A DNA stretch of 64,000 bases from Squalus acanthias (Eukaryota), in contig CM059429.1 in assembly GCA_030390025.1 (NCBI GenBank), positions 37,510,001 through 37,574,000 of the forward strand, read 5' to 3'. The translations under genes and the position numbers were made by a program. Positions within the stretch are counted from its first letter, which is position 1. Each line of letters starts with the position of its first letter. Of this stretch, positions 46,806 to 59,285 are shown piece after piece. The notes below the pieces were generated by a model. It worked only from the letters and a program-made list of their open reading frames with translations, was not told where the DNA came from and searched no databases.

Positions 46806-48632
46806 GTGGAAGTCCTAGAGGAGTATAGAAAGTGCAGGGGGGTACTTAAAAAAGAAATTAGGAGAGCAAAGAGGGGGCATGAAAAAACACTGGCGGGCAA
46901 AATAAAGGAAAATCCCAAGGTGTTTTATAAGTATATTAAGGGCAAGAGGATAACCAGGGAAAGAGTAGGGCCCATTAGGGACCAAAGTGGCAATCTGTGT
47001 GTAGAGCCGGAAGATGTAGGTGAGGTTTTAAATGAATATTTTGCATCTGTGTTCACTATGGAGAAGGACGATTTAGGCATAGAAATCAGGCAGGGGGATT
47101 GTGATATACTTGAACAAATTAGCATTGAGAGGGAGGAGGTACTAACGGTTTTAGCAGGCTTAAAAGTGGATAAATCCCCAGGCCCAGACGAGATGCATCC
47201 CAGGCTGCTTTGTGAGGCAATTTTCAGAACCTCTCTGGCCACAGGGGAGGTGCCAGAGGACTGGAGGACAGCTAACATAGTATCATTATTCAAGAAGGGT
47301 AGTAGGGATAAACCAGGGAATTACAGGCCAGTAAGCCTAACATCAGTGGTAGGGAAATTATTGGAAAAAATTCTGAGGGACAGAATTAGTCTCCACTTGG
47401 AGAGGCAAGGATTAATCAAGGATAGTCAGCATGGCTTTGTCAGGGGGAGATCATGTCTAACCAATTTGATTGAATTTTTCAAGGGGGTGACTAGGTGTGT
47501 GGATGAGGGTAGTGCAGTTGATGTAGTCTACATAGACTTCAGCAAGGCTTTTGACAAAGTCCCGCATGGGAGACTGGTCAAGAAGGTAAGAGCCCATGGG
47601 ATCCAGGGCAATTTGGCACATTGGATCCAAAATTGGCTTAGTGGCAGGAGGCAGAGGGTGATGGTCGAAGGTTGTTTTTGTGACTGGAAGCCTGTGTCCA
47701 GTGGTGTACCGCAGGGATCGGTGCTGGGTCCCTTGCTGTTTGTAGTGTACATTAATGATTTAGATATGAATGTAGGAGGTATGATCAGTAAGTTCGCAGA
47801 TGACATGAAAATTGGTGGAGTGGTAAATAGTGAGGAGGGAAGCCTCAGGCTACAGGACGATATAGACGGGTTGGTCAGATGGGCAGAACAGTGGCAAATG
47901 GAATTTAACCCTGAAAAGTGTGAGGTGATGCATTTTGGGAGGACTAACAAGGCAAGGGAATACACAATGTATGGTAGGACCCTAGGAAGGACAGAGGATC
48001 AGAGGGGCCTTGGTGAGCATATACATAGATCCCTGAAGGCAGCAGGACAGATAGATAAGGTGGTTAAGAAGGCATATGGGATACTTGCCTTCATTAGCCG
48101 AGGCATAGAATATAAGAGCCGGGAGGTTATGATGGAGCTGTACAAAATGCTAGTTAGGCCACAGCTGGAATACTGTGTGCAGTTCTGGTTGCCACACTAT
48201 AGGAAGGACGTGATTGCATTGGAGAGGGTGCAGAGGAGATTCACCAGGATGTTACCTGGGCTGGAGCGTTTCAGCTATGAAGAGAGACTGGACAGGCTGG
48301 GGTTGTTTTCCTTAGAGCAGAGAAGGCTGAAGGGGGACCTGATTGAGGTGCACAAAATTATGAGAGGCATAGATAGGGTAGATAGAAAGGAACTTTTCCC
48401 CTTAGTAGAGGGGTCAATAACCAGGGGGCATAGTTTTAAGGTAAGGTGCAGGAGGTTTAGAGGGGATTTGAGGAAAAACATTTTCACCCAGAGGGTGGTT
48501 GAAATCTGGAACTCACTGCCTGAAAGGGTGGTAGAGGCAGGAACCCTCACAACATTCATGAAGCATTTAGATGAGCACTTGAAACGCCATAGCATACAAG
48601 GCTACAGACCAAGTGCTGGAAAATGGGATTAG
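46806..48632 (+). CDS. CR1 ORF2 reverse transcriptase (608-aa open segment of a disrupted ORF2)
   Basis: NYRPVSLTS, QHGF, DFSKAFDKVPH, GVPQGSVLGPLLF, KFADD, RPQLEYCVQFW. Confidence 0.95.
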   Translation: MEVLEEYRKCRGVLKKEIRRAKRGHEKTLAGKIKENPKVFYKYIKGKRITRERVGPIRDQSGNLCVEPEDVGEVLNEYFASVFTMEKDDLGIEIRQGDCDILEQISIEREEVLTVLAGLKVDKSPGPDEMHPRLLCEAIFRTSLATGEVPEDWRTANIVSLFKKGSRDKPGNYRPVSLTSVVGKLLEKILRDRISLHLERQGLIKDSQHGFVRGRSCLTNLIEFFKGVTRCVDEGSAVDVVYIDFSKAFDKVPHGRLVKKVRAHGIQGNLAHWIQNWLSGRRQRVMVEGCFCDWKPVSSGVPQGSVLGPLLFVVYINDLDMNVGGMISKFADDMKIGGVVNSEEGSLRLQDDIDGLVRWAEQWQMEFNPEKCEVMHFGRTNKAREYTMYGRTLGRTEDQRGLGEHIHRSLKAAGQIDKVVKKAYGILAFISRGIEYKSREVMMELYKMLVRPQLEYCVQFWLPHYRKDVIALERVQRRFTRMLPGLERFSYEERLDRLGLFSLEQRRLKGDLIEVHKIMRGIDRVDRKELFPLVEGSITRGHSFKVRCRRFRGDLRKNIFTQRVVEIWNSLPERVVEAGTLTTFMKHLDEHLKRHSIQGYRPSAGKWD

Positions 48633-49333
48633 AATAGACAGGGCTTGATGGCCGGCACGGACACGACGGGCCGAAGGACCTCTTTCTGTGCTCTATAACT
48701 CTATGACTCTGACTCAGTGTGGGAGGTAGTGGGCTTATATTGGATATTGGTTGATAGCCTATCCCCAGAAATGGAACAGAAAAGTCGAGGAAGAAACGAA
48801 AGGGAAGAGTCAGAGATGGACCATTTGAAGGCGAGGGAAGTGTGGAAATTGGAAGCAAAGTTATGATGGATTTTGTAAACATTGCTTCCGAAATAAATGG
48901 CATCATCAATATGAATGAAACTTTTGGGCACTGATTACCCAAATTTTTAACATAACCTTCCTACTCGACAACCATTTTCACCCTACTGCCAACCAATTTT
49001 AGCCATAATAATGTGCTACATAAACCAATGTTCTTGACTGACCTCTTGTGGTTGTAAATTGGTGAACATCTAAGAATTTCATTAGAAGAAATCTGGCTCA
49101 AATTTTATTTGTGGCTGTGTAAGGTGTGAGTTGGTGAAGGGCTCCTGATCAACAAAGGACCGTGAAGTAGCAGCTAAAAATTAATGTATCTGTCTATTAC
49201 ATCACATTATATAGTAATTCATCACTATGTATTCTAGAGATAGGCATGGATCTGGCCTGAAGATCATAATTCATTCTGAACTTTACCATTAAAAACTTAT
49301 TTCTAGCTATGCAAAGCCATGTTAAAAACTAAG

Positions 49334-50051
49334 GGGAAGAAATTCATTATAGCCCCGTTTGGGGCACTAAATTTTAAAAGTTGAGAAAATAGCGCCTGGC
49401 GCTAATGTTTCTAAACTTTAAAAAATTGGGTTTCGCGCCCAAGGAAGGAAGTGAAGCACTAAATCAAGCGCGCCACTTCCTTCTTGGAGTGCAATCAGCA
49501 GCAGGCGGGGCAGAGACTTCAGCAGTACTGCACACTGGGCCGTGCAGCGCTGCCGCGTTCAAAGGCTCCTTCCCTCCCTTAAAGGGAAGGGCCATCGCTG
49601 CAGGCTCTGCAATTTAAAAATTACCACCTGGACCACCAAGGCAGCCGCGATCCCGCACGATCAGCCTGGCACTGATCGATCGCAGGCAGGAAGCCATGAA
49701 GAAAACGGGATCAAGAAAGGTAAGTTTTTTTTTTACTTACCTCGGCCACCTCGCCTGTAATCATCGCCCCTGAAGCGGCCGCTCGCCCGATGCACGTCTC
49801 CTGCAGCTGTCGGTGTTTTCGACCAGCGCTGCTGCAGGCGGCAGAAGTCAATTTCGGGTCCGGGGAGATGCACATGGCGATGATGTCATTATCTCAGGGC
49901 GAAGTAGATCGGGGCGCAACGCTGTAGCGCCGCCGCAAAACCCCCGCCAAATATGGCGGGAGTCGATGTCAGCGCCGCGCCTGGTCGCAAAGCCATTTGC
50001 ACCCCCCCGGGGGCACTAACAGGAGGTGCAAAGGCACCCAATTTCATCTCC
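49334..50051. mobile_element. Non-autonomous PIF/Harbinger element
   Basis: GGGGAAGAAATT/AATTTCATCTCC termini; TAA/TTA flanks; GC/CpG-rich and similar to 26729-27620. Confidence 0.8.
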
Positions 50052-51519
50052 TTAGACTTTTATTGCAAACACAGACATGCTTTGACGTGAATGGATTAAT
50101 AAGGTTAATAAGATAATACTGAAGTTATTCTGGAAGATAAATGGCACATCAAGAACAGTTGTATCAGGCCATAGAGTCAACCTAGTGGAGAAGTCATTGT
50201 TAGTCAGTGCCTAGGACATCTACTGGGAGTAAAGACAGTGTCAGACAGAACTTGGAGCATCAACTGGGATAGAGTCAGCATTGACTAAAAATGACTGTTG
50301 GGGAAGAACAAGCACTGTCTGACATTGAGTATCACTCAGTGAAGTAGTTAATGTTGTTAGGCGCCTATTGCAGCATCGTACCAGTGAGTGGTGCAGCCAC
50401 GATTCTCTATTAAGTGGAGCCTGAGGTGTTGATTTGGAAGACCAGAGCATCCCTTTGTGTAATCATGACAGCTCTTGTGGTCAGCCTACAAGCTCTGCCC
50501 CAAAGTCTGGAGGAATATAATCTTGCGGCTCTCTCACAGGGAAACCCCCGAGTGAACTTTACGGTCAACAGATCCTTCTGATTACACAACTTTGGTAACA
50601 TTGACATAAACATTATCACTAACTGAGATATTTCATGGTATTAGAATGTGATACCACTTCGATTTGCTTGAAATGTTGGACTCCAGAATCTTTTAAAGAT
50701 CAGTATTAGTAGATATGGTGAATGCCTGACACTCTGGAGTTCGAAAAACATAGAACTTGGAATGGAAAGATTTAGCCTGCTGAAAAAGTGGCCATTTGCT
50801 GATTTTACAAATCAGATGAAATATTGCTTGTAGTCTCCAAAAATATATACAAGAATGACACAGAGTAACTTATAATCCTGTTAAGATCAATATGGTGATA
50901 TAAAATAATTAATTGTACAAAACACAATTATAGATAACAGATCAAAATATATTTTAAAAGTTAATTGGAAATGAGAAGAATTCAAAGCAGAACTTGTTTA
51001 ATGTAACTATTTATTGACCAGCATGTGGTGCCTCTGGGATATGACAGCCATAACCGATGAAGGATGAGTTTGCACTGTTGAAATGAATAGTGCTTTTTAT
51101 CATCAAGTTTATCTGTGGGAAAGTTGACTGAGAGCCAAATAATATCGCCTTGGAATATATCAGTAAACAAATTTCTGAAAAATTATCATGAAGTTACTGA
51201 CTTTTTTCAGATTACCATCACCAAGCCTTTCAACAGATAAGGAGATACTGCAGTCTGATCTGACTCCGTTTTGCTTTCAATTTTTTCTCTTCTCTCCTAA
51301 ATACACTGACTTATGCTGCGGTTCAGTTCCATGAGTACCTTGTCCAAATGGCCTATTTTTCATGTGTGTGTGTCAGGAAGCTGTTCCATCATGGAAGCCA
51401 TTAAATTAGATCCTGTCCTCACCTGATGTCCACACATACAAACACCCCCGCAAGGGTCATTAGATAGGAATCACAAGTGAGAATTCTAGCTAATTTTCCC
51501 CTTCCAAGTCTAGGACTCT

Positions 51520-51637
51520 GGGAGTGACATTGGTCTTGGGCGGTAGTGCAAATTGGGCGATAGCAAATCAGCAGCCCATTTTACACCCCGCCCAATTTTC
51601 TTTTCCATTGAAGTCACCAAGACCAATTTCACCCCTC
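51520..51637. mobile_element. Truncated palindromic Harbinger-like MITE
   Basis: GAGTGACATTGGTCTTGG/CCAAGACCAATTTCACCC inverted ends; TTCCATTGAAGTCA core. Confidence 0.65.
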
Positions 51638-54600
51638 CAAGCCCAACTGTAAAATCCCAAACTGCGGCCCCAGCTAACTCATCACAGACCAGCAATCATG
51701 AGACATTCTGGCTTAATGCTTTCATCCACTGGGCTACTGTAGCCTTCAATAAAACAACTGTTTGGGTTTTAACTTAACAAACTTACTAAAGAACACTCCT
51801 TAAATATTCACTGCACAATGATTGGTGTTGAAAAAGTTAAAAAATTCTTGTCATTCACAAGTAATTGATTAATAATCTGGTTAATGACCTTCAAGCAGTA
51901 CATCCCTTACAGTCTTCTACCAATTTAATATTGTCACCATTTTCTCGATTCAAATGACATATTCCCTTCATTAAGTTGCTCCCCTGACAGAAATAGTACA
52001 TCAATTTCTATAACTGCGTCCAAAAGCAAATCACTGTCAATATGAAGAAATAAAAGATAGTGATCAGCAATTATTTTATTAATTTACTGACTGAATTCAA
52101 AATTCATTAATTGTTTAATCAATCTTGTATTTCGAGTATGCAAAAGTAAAATGACACTTTACACAATAGTTGTTAGGAGGGGGTGTAACAGCTTCAAATT
52201 GACTGAGCAAACATTCCAAGTTCTACTTTCTCCACAGATAACAACAAAACCCATGTTTATTGACACAGAATTTGCTGTCCTTACCACAACCCAGACCACG
52301 ATGCACTCCATCAGGACAAAGAAGACAATGATGGTTTCTGCTTGCTGTCAACAACCTCAGTACTGATGTGCTGCTGGAGACATTAGTTCAATATTTGCCA
52401 ATCCTGAGTGAAACTCCAGCATTAACCCTACAGTATCAACACCTGCTAAATGTTCCTTAGGAGGTTCTTAGAAACAAACCCTAGGACAAAAATTCAACAT
52501 TACCTATCAGAAGAAGTATTACAGTTTATTTTTCAGACTGGCATTTTGTTCATATTATAAAAGCATAAGCGCATACAATTAACTCAATGTAGAAAAAAAT
52601 GTCCTTTTTGGATTTCCAAATTATACAAGTTTCTAAAATATATGATCCATGTACATTTCTAATGTTAAGTATTCTAAAACAAAACTACAGAAACAGTGGA
52701 ATGTTCCTTAATCCTTATACCTGAACAATTAAAAACAATTTCAGCCTGTATCCTCTGGGTAAACGTTAGTAAGCTTTGCAATAATAGACTTTCATTTTTT
52801 CTGGTTCTTGCATCAGATTTAAGACACATTTTACATCAATATTTTAAATTCAAGGCAATTATTTTAAGAATTACAAGATCCTAGAAGAGCAATTCCTGGG
52901 TGGTCTCAAGCTCCCTCGAATTGTTCAAGCTGGTTATTCTTGGACAATTCTAAGATCTATGAATAACCTAAAAATGTGATCTTGCCTTTTTTATTTTGGT
53001 GTCAAAATAATGCTATGATCTTCGCAGGGTGGGTTAGTACTTATTTATGTGTAAAATCATATTCAGACTATTACTGCTCCATAATAGCAACAGAACTAAC
53101 TGTAACACTACAGTTGCATCTTCAGAACTGAAACTCAGAAGAAGCAACTGGTCCTAAGCTATAAAAATTCCTCATCTTTATAATCAAAAGCAGTTGTTTG
53201 AAGAGTTCCTACCCGTTGTTGGTTAGGTTATGCTGAATTATCACACAACGTACCTTTTCATTGATCAAGGTAGACTGTACTTTAAAATTGTTTCAATAAT
53301 TGACATCACAATATTTTTGTGTATCTTTCACATAATTTATATGAAATCTATCAAAAATTAAACCTTTGCAACAAATTATTTAACATTCCTCATTGCCCAC
53401 AATGTTTTTATGTTGTTTGGAAATAAGTTGATCACTAAATGTCATTTATTTTACCAGTATATATAGACATTCTGAGCACTGATTATTTAGTTTAAAAAAA
53501 ACAATGACGTTTAATCTACATCATATCATGAAGTTATTTTAGTTGAAGCATTGTGCCCAAGGATATTAGCCACTGTGTCTGAACCAGCAAAGAAGCCAGT
53601 CTCTCCTTCAAGTAATATCACATGACTTCTTATGATTTGGTTACATACAACACTTCAAACATAAAAGCTATAGTCTGTGCCTCAGCTTAGAATGAGTAGG
53701 AATCTGTCATATGTCGTGTTTAAGTAGATCAGGAACTCTGTTGCTACACTTTCATCCTGGTAACCAAACTCTTTGTGTACTGTTTACCCAAAGGATGATC
53801 TGTTGAGGCCAAACTCACCTGCTAACCCAAAAGGGTCATGAATATTCTCATAATCCTCTAGCTTGTATCGCATAAACTCTTTCATCAGGAAGCCGCTTCA
53901 TTGAAGAGTTGTTCGAGTCCCATTCACCCATAGTGCTCCTCATCTCCACATGAAGAGAAGCCTCTACCACAAGCATTCCCTTCATGTTTCTTCCTCACCT
54001 CTAATCTATTGACATTTTTTTCTTTAACGGTGGATTACGTGTCCAGTAAAACTCCCATTATTTCTTTCTGGACTCTTGTGTAAAGTAAGGCTGGAGGCTT
54101 GTATGTAAAGAATAACTCAAAAAAGAGGCCTGATGCTGAGAAGAAAGCAGATTAAGTTAGAATGATGATTCCTTTACTTTGTTTCTTCTTGGTAGTATAT
54201 TAAAAAAAATCATTAAACTGCAAGATGCAAACTCCTAGCACAACCGGGAAGTTCCCAAAGTTATACTTCAATCTTGATTAAACTGAAAACAAATAATAAG
54301 TACACTATGTTATTATTGTCTTATGTCTGATTGCATTATCAGAATATTTAGATAAAAAAGTCACACATAATGTATATATTTTCCATTTTGTTGATCAGAA
54401 CTATTCATTGTTTTTAATTTTTCAGCAATGAAAACGAAAGTTCATCTTTTTTTTGGGTAAGTCATTCCTGAATAGTTTTAACTGATACCCTAGGTAGCAG
54501 CAAACTCTTCTTTATTTGTGCATCTTATAGCAGTTTGTGACACATATTGAACAGTAAGCAGTAAAAGTTAAGTGAAGCCAATGTTGGTTTCCTTGTTAAC

Positions 54601-55456
54601 CTATTTGAATCCGATTGGTTAATCGGCTATTTTATCAACTATCTTTGTTAGAACAATTGTTTCACTGGATAAATCATAAAGCAGTATCTAGTTCTGGACA
54701 TTTGGTTTTCTGGTTTCTTATATCTGATTGTTAGTTTCGTGACAAGTTTCCATTACTTGTCAACTCCATGCAAACAGAAACAGACTTTTTTCTGTTGACT
54801 AATCCCAATGACTATTTTATAAACTAGTTTTCAAAACTTAACAAATGTCAAAACATTTCCCAATCCTGATGACGAAATAACAAATACACTACCCTCTGCC
54901 ATAGCATTGCACCGTCCAGTAAATAGCCATTACAAGAAAACCCAAGAATAAAGTAGTTCAGGGGTGGCCAACTGGCATCGCATGAGTCCTATGCTGCTGC
55001 GATATGGCTCTCTCCTCTTTGAAACAAATGGCTTGTAGGTTGGAATTTTGTATATTTCCCTCCTTTATTGGTTGACCCAGTATTAATGTGCTGTTGATTG
55101 GGCAACCACAGCAATCACATGCCGTGCTCTGTGAGTGACATCAAGCAAGCAGCAGTCAGCAACGTCCAGTGAGAGGGAAATACCATCAAACAAGCAGCGG
55201 TGATCAGTTGGAAGCGTGGTCAAGCAGGCAGCATAACTGAGAGGAGCCGAAGCCAATGCTAATTGGGAGGTGTGGTTAATTGAGAAGCAGTAAACACATT
55301 AACGAGTCAAACACAGTTCCAAGTACTTCTCAACATTTCATCTTTTATTTTTGTGAAAACTTGGTAGATTTATTTGACAGAATTGGAAAATAAGAGCCCA
55401 GTGTGTTAATTTGAAACTTTCAAATCATCAACATGGACAAAGGGAATCGCAAACAT

Positions 55457-56291
55457 GGGCCGGATTTTGCTGGAACAGTGCATCTCATGGATATTCCCAT
55501 TCCTGTTAGACTTTTTTCTGCACCCTTCAGCTTGAAAAAGTTTTGCGTCATAACTTACTGGAAGTGCGAGATGATAACGGCATAGCGAGGGCAATGGGGC
55601 ATCTGGGACCAACAGTTTATCTCCTTAACCAATGAAATTTAAGGATTGAGAAACAGTGGAATGACAACGAAGGAGGGTGAATTAGAGTCAAATCAGGTAC
55701 AGAAAGAGAAATAAGGAGACAGAAAGGATGATTGCATTGAGAAAGAAAAGAGAGACAGAAAGGAAAAGTAAGAATTAAAAAAAATTTAAATTTGACATTT
55801 TAAAAATCTCCAACAATTGACTACATGCAGGAATTAGGTTTAATCATTTAAATTATTCCCTTTCTGGGCCATAGAGGTTGATTGGCATTGCATTATCAAT
55901 TATCACATCATTAAAAGGGTACTTAGGCTCTTAATTACAACAGTGACTACACTCCAAAAGTACTTCATTGGTTGTAACGCGCTTTGAGACGTCCGGTGGT
56001 CATGCAAGGCACTATATAAATGTAAGTCTTTCTTTCTTTAATTAGCAGACTTAACTTTCTGTGGCAAGTTTAAAGGGAAACTAATCCAGCAAGTTCTTAA
56101 CAATAATGGGGAGGCTAAGAGCGAGATGCCGTTTGTGCAAAGCAAACGGTGGAGCGTCTTAAATCGACCAGCAAGTTCTGGAGATTTGTAATGCATGCCG
56201 TATCTCAATCTCCTAAATTTGCTGGCCGATTTGCACAATAATAACGGTGTGCGTCGTTAAAACACTGTTATTTTCCAGCAAGGTCTGGCCT
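55457..56291. mobile_element. Non-autonomous Harbinger-like element
   Basis: GGGCCGGATTTTGCTGGAA/TTCCAGCAAGGTCTGGCC termini; similar to 28093-28844. Confidence 0.75.
55938..56037 (+). mobile_element. Deu-SINE 3' fragment
   Basis: Reverse complement of 13825-13920; (CTTT)n tail; TSD TTAATTA. Confidence 0.85.
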
Positions 56292-57323
56292 AATATAGCT
56301 TTCAGAGGGATATGCAGTGCAATTGGATGCAGAAAATATCAAGAAAATATCAAGAAAACGTTTGAAAACAGGAAAGAAATATTTTTGTGTAGTTTGCTGA
56401 GTTCAAGGAACGGGCCAGGTGAATATTTAATTGTTGTCGCTGAGCTGAAGTCTCCCTAATTATATCACATGATTGTTTTAAGTATTGATGCTCAGCTGAT
56501 CTCTCTCTTTAATTGAGTCTGAATCTTAGGACATGGCACATCAGTATACATTTTACTTTAATGTACTGTCACTGATTTGGGATGTGTGGCTCTTGCACAG
56601 TAATGGCACTCTTGAACATAAGTGACCAAACCTCTGTAGAAATGATGCCAGTGGAGACCCACATTGGCATCGGTCTCTCAGTACCCAAAGTATGACAAGC
56701 TGTATTGCCAAAAAGGATCGAACATTTTCAACTTTGTCAGATATAGTTTTGTTGGGTCTTTGGTTTTGAAAGGTTGGGCACCCTTGAACTAGTTGATAAC
56801 ATAATTGTTGTCGCACATCTTAAATAGTGCCAATGCATTACTTAATATACAAAACATACAAAATATTTTCTGTGACCATCACATGTTCACTCTAATGCTG
56901 GCATAAATGAAATAAGGAAGCCAAGGGTTATAAATAAGAAATACAAAACATAAATATTAAAATTGCAGAGTGAGCAAAGGACATTATTAACTAAGGTACA
57001 GATGAATATGCATCAGCAGAATAAATCTGATCATAATTTAGAAAACAGAAGTGAGGTATGCTCCGTTATACTTAATATGAGCTTTATGTTAAAATATCTC
57101 CAGGCCAAAAGTAGTTGGGACATTTTAGGTTATGTATAATAAAATGGAGATGTTACATGTGAATGTTTGTTTCTGGTTAACAAATAGACGATTAATATCA
57201 TACCTTTTAGCAGTGACTGATGCCACATACTGACTTATAAAGTTACAACTCAAAGAATTAAAAAAAACGAATTAAAGATTTAGCTTAGCATAGAAGAGAC
57301 TACAATGTGAAGTGCTATTAGGT

Positions 57324-58570
57324 AAACATAGAAACATAGAAGATAGGAGCAGGAGTAGGCCATTCGGCCCCTCGCGCCTGCTCCGCCATTCGATGAGATC
57401 ATGGCTGATCATCCAAACTCAGTACCCTGTACCTGCCTTCTCCCCATATCCCTTGATACCTTTAGCTTTAAGAAATATATCTAACTCATTCTTGAATATA
57501 TTTAATGACTTGGCCTCAACTACCTTCTGTGGTAGAGCATTCCACAGGTTCACCACTCTCTGGGTGAAGAAATTCCTCCTCATTTCTGTCCTAAATGGCT
57601 TACCCGTTATCCTTAGATTATGACCCCTGGTTCTGGACTCTCCGACCATCAGGAACATTCTTCCTGCATCTAGTTTGTCCAGACCTGTCAGAATTTTATA
57701 TGTTTCGATGAGATCCCCTCTCATTCTTCTATACTCCAGCGAGTATAAGCCCAATCGACCCAATCTCTCCTCATATGTCATTCCTGCCATCCCAGGTATC
57801 AGCCTTGTGAATCTTCGCTGAACTCCTTCCATGGTAAGAACATCCTTCCTCAGATAAGGCGACCAAAACTGCACACAGTACTCAAGGTGTGGTCTCACCA
57901 AGGCCCTGTACAACTGCAGCAGGACATCCCTGCTCCTATACTCAAACCCTTTCGCTATGAAGGCCAACATACCATTTGCCTTCTTCACTGCCTGCTGCAC
58001 CTGCATGCTTACTTTCAGCGACTGGTGCACAAGGACACCTAGGTCTCGTTGCACTTCCCCTTCTCCCAATCTATTGCCATTCAGATAATAGTCTGCCTTT
58101 CTGTTTTTGACACCAAAGTGGATAACCTCGCACTTATCCACGTTATATTGCATCTGCCACGCTTCTGCCCACTCACCCAACCTGTCCAAATCATCCTGGA
58201 GTTTCTCGGTATCCTCCTCGCAGCACACACTCCCACCCAGCTTTGTGTCATCTGCAAACTTGGAGATATTACATTTAGTTCCCCTATCTAGATCATTAAT
58301 GTATATTGTGAATAGCTGGGGTCCAAGGACCGATCTCTGCGGTACCCCACTAGTCACTGCTTGCCACTCGGAAAAAGACCCATTAATTCCTACTCTCTGC
58401 TTTCTGTCCGCCAACCAGTTCTCTATCCAAGTCAATACCTTACCCCCAATCCCATGTGCCTTAACCTTACACGCTAATCTCTTATGCGGGACCTTATCGA
58501 AAGCCTTTTGAAAGTCCAAATACACCACATCTACTGGTTCTCCCTTATCTATTTTCCCAGTTACATTTTT
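57324..58570 (-). mobile_element. 5'-truncated CR1 LINE
   Basis: Uninterrupted RT/C-terminal frame; 3' motif GGGCCGAATGGCCTACTCCTGCTCC and (TTCTATGT)n tail. Confidence 0.95.
57419..58570 (-). CDS. CR1 ORF2 reverse-transcriptase fragment
   Basis: YLDFQKAFDKVPH, GVPQRSVLGP, KFADDTK, VRPHLEYCVQFW. Confidence 0.9.
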   Translation of the reverse strand, partial: KNVTGKIDKGEPVDVVYLDFQKAFDKVPHKRLACKVKAHGIGGKVLTWIENWLADRKQRVGINGSFSEWQAVTSGVPQRSVLGPQLFTIYINDLDRGTKCNISKFADDTKLGGSVCCEEDTEKLQDDLDRLGEWAEAWQMQYNVDKCEVIHFGVKNRKADYYLNGNRLGEGEVQRDLGVLVHQSLKVSMQVQQAVKKANGMLAFIAKGFEYRSRDVLLQLYRALVRPHLEYCVQFWSPYLRKDVLTMEGVQRRFTRLIPGMAGMTYEERLGRLGLYSLEYRRMRGDLIETYKILTGLDKLDAGRMFLMVGESRTRGHNLRITGKPFRTEMRRNFFTQRVVNLWNALPQKVVEAKSLNIFKNELDIFLKAKGIKGYGEKAGTGY

Positions 58571-58769
58571 AAGTTTCAGTGGGTGAACCAAACATTACTG
58601 ATGCATAACTCAGGTCAGACATTAATCTAAGCACTTTCAGTGGTTTATCAAATGTAGGTGTTAATAACGTGGAAATGTTTCTATTTTTGCTGTCAGCGTA
58701 AATAACATGGTGACATTAAACCAAGTGATCCCAAACTAGGACATCCTGAGGTGCTATATAAATATAAAT

Positions 58770-59285
58770 TCTCTACATTGGGGAGACCAAACGCAGATTG
58801 AGTTATCGCTATGCTGAACACCTCTGTTCAGTCTGCAAGCATGACCCTGAGCTTACAGTCGCTTGTCATTTTAATTCTCCATCCCACTCCCACTCTGACC
58901 TCGGCCTTCTACACTGTTCCAATGAAGCTCAATGGAAGCTCAAAGGAACAGCACCTCATCTTTCGATTAGACACTTTACAACCTTCCGGACTCAACATAG
59001 AGTTCAACAATTTCAGATCATAACCACTGCTCCCATTTTTTCCAGACAGCAGGTGCTGGTAATGATTTTACTATTCATTCAATCACTCATGCCTTCCACC
59101 TTATCACAGACCTTTCTGTTTGTTCTTTCCTCTTTTTCCCTGCCTCTGTACTTGCTTAAAAATCGGTTACATCTGTAAGATTTTGCAGTTCTGACGCAAG
59201 ATCACAGGCCTGAAACATTAACTCCGTTTCTCTCTCCACAGATGCTTCCCGGCCTTCTGAGTATTTCCAGCATTTTCTGTTTATA
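58770..59285 (+). mobile_element. Penelope-like family A 3' fragment
   Basis: LYIGETKRRL...AEHL and LQPSGLNIEF GIY-YIG remnants; decayed hammerhead at 59187-59223; terminal GATGCTTCCCGGCCTTCTGAGTATTTCCAGC. Confidence 0.88.

Larger units (their letters stand above)
42257..48715 (+). mobile_element. Full-length CR1 LINE (5'UTR, ORF1, ORF2, 3' tail) with three nested insertions
   Basis: GC-rich 5'UTR with GTGACGTCAC; esterase ORF1; EN+RT ORF2; tail GGGCCGAAGGACC...CTATAACTCTATGACTCT (8-bp unit). Confidence 0.95.
41106..48865 (-). mobile_element. Penelope-like element, family A, split by a CR1 insertion (pieces 41106-42256 and 48716-48865)
   Basis: GIY-YIG motif FTCTSCNLVYCIRCSRCGLLYIMETKHRLGDRFAEHL (~41680-41815); RT pieces SIPFPQFLR and NFASNFH...LSTNIQYKPT; 14-bp TSD ATGGATTTTGTAAA (41092-41105, 48866-48879). 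Confidence 0.9.
54959..56786. mobile_element. Non-autonomous hAT (Charlie-like) element hosting nested insertions
   Basis: TIRs CAGGGGTGGCCAAC/GTTGGGCACCCTTG; 8-bp TSD AAGTAGTT/AACTAGTT (7 of 8 match). Confidence 0.8.

Noticed and set aside
49334-50051. CpG-island promoter (also 26729-27620)
   Set aside because: GC-rich stretch is bounded exactly by TIRs and TWA flanks; explained as a MITE.
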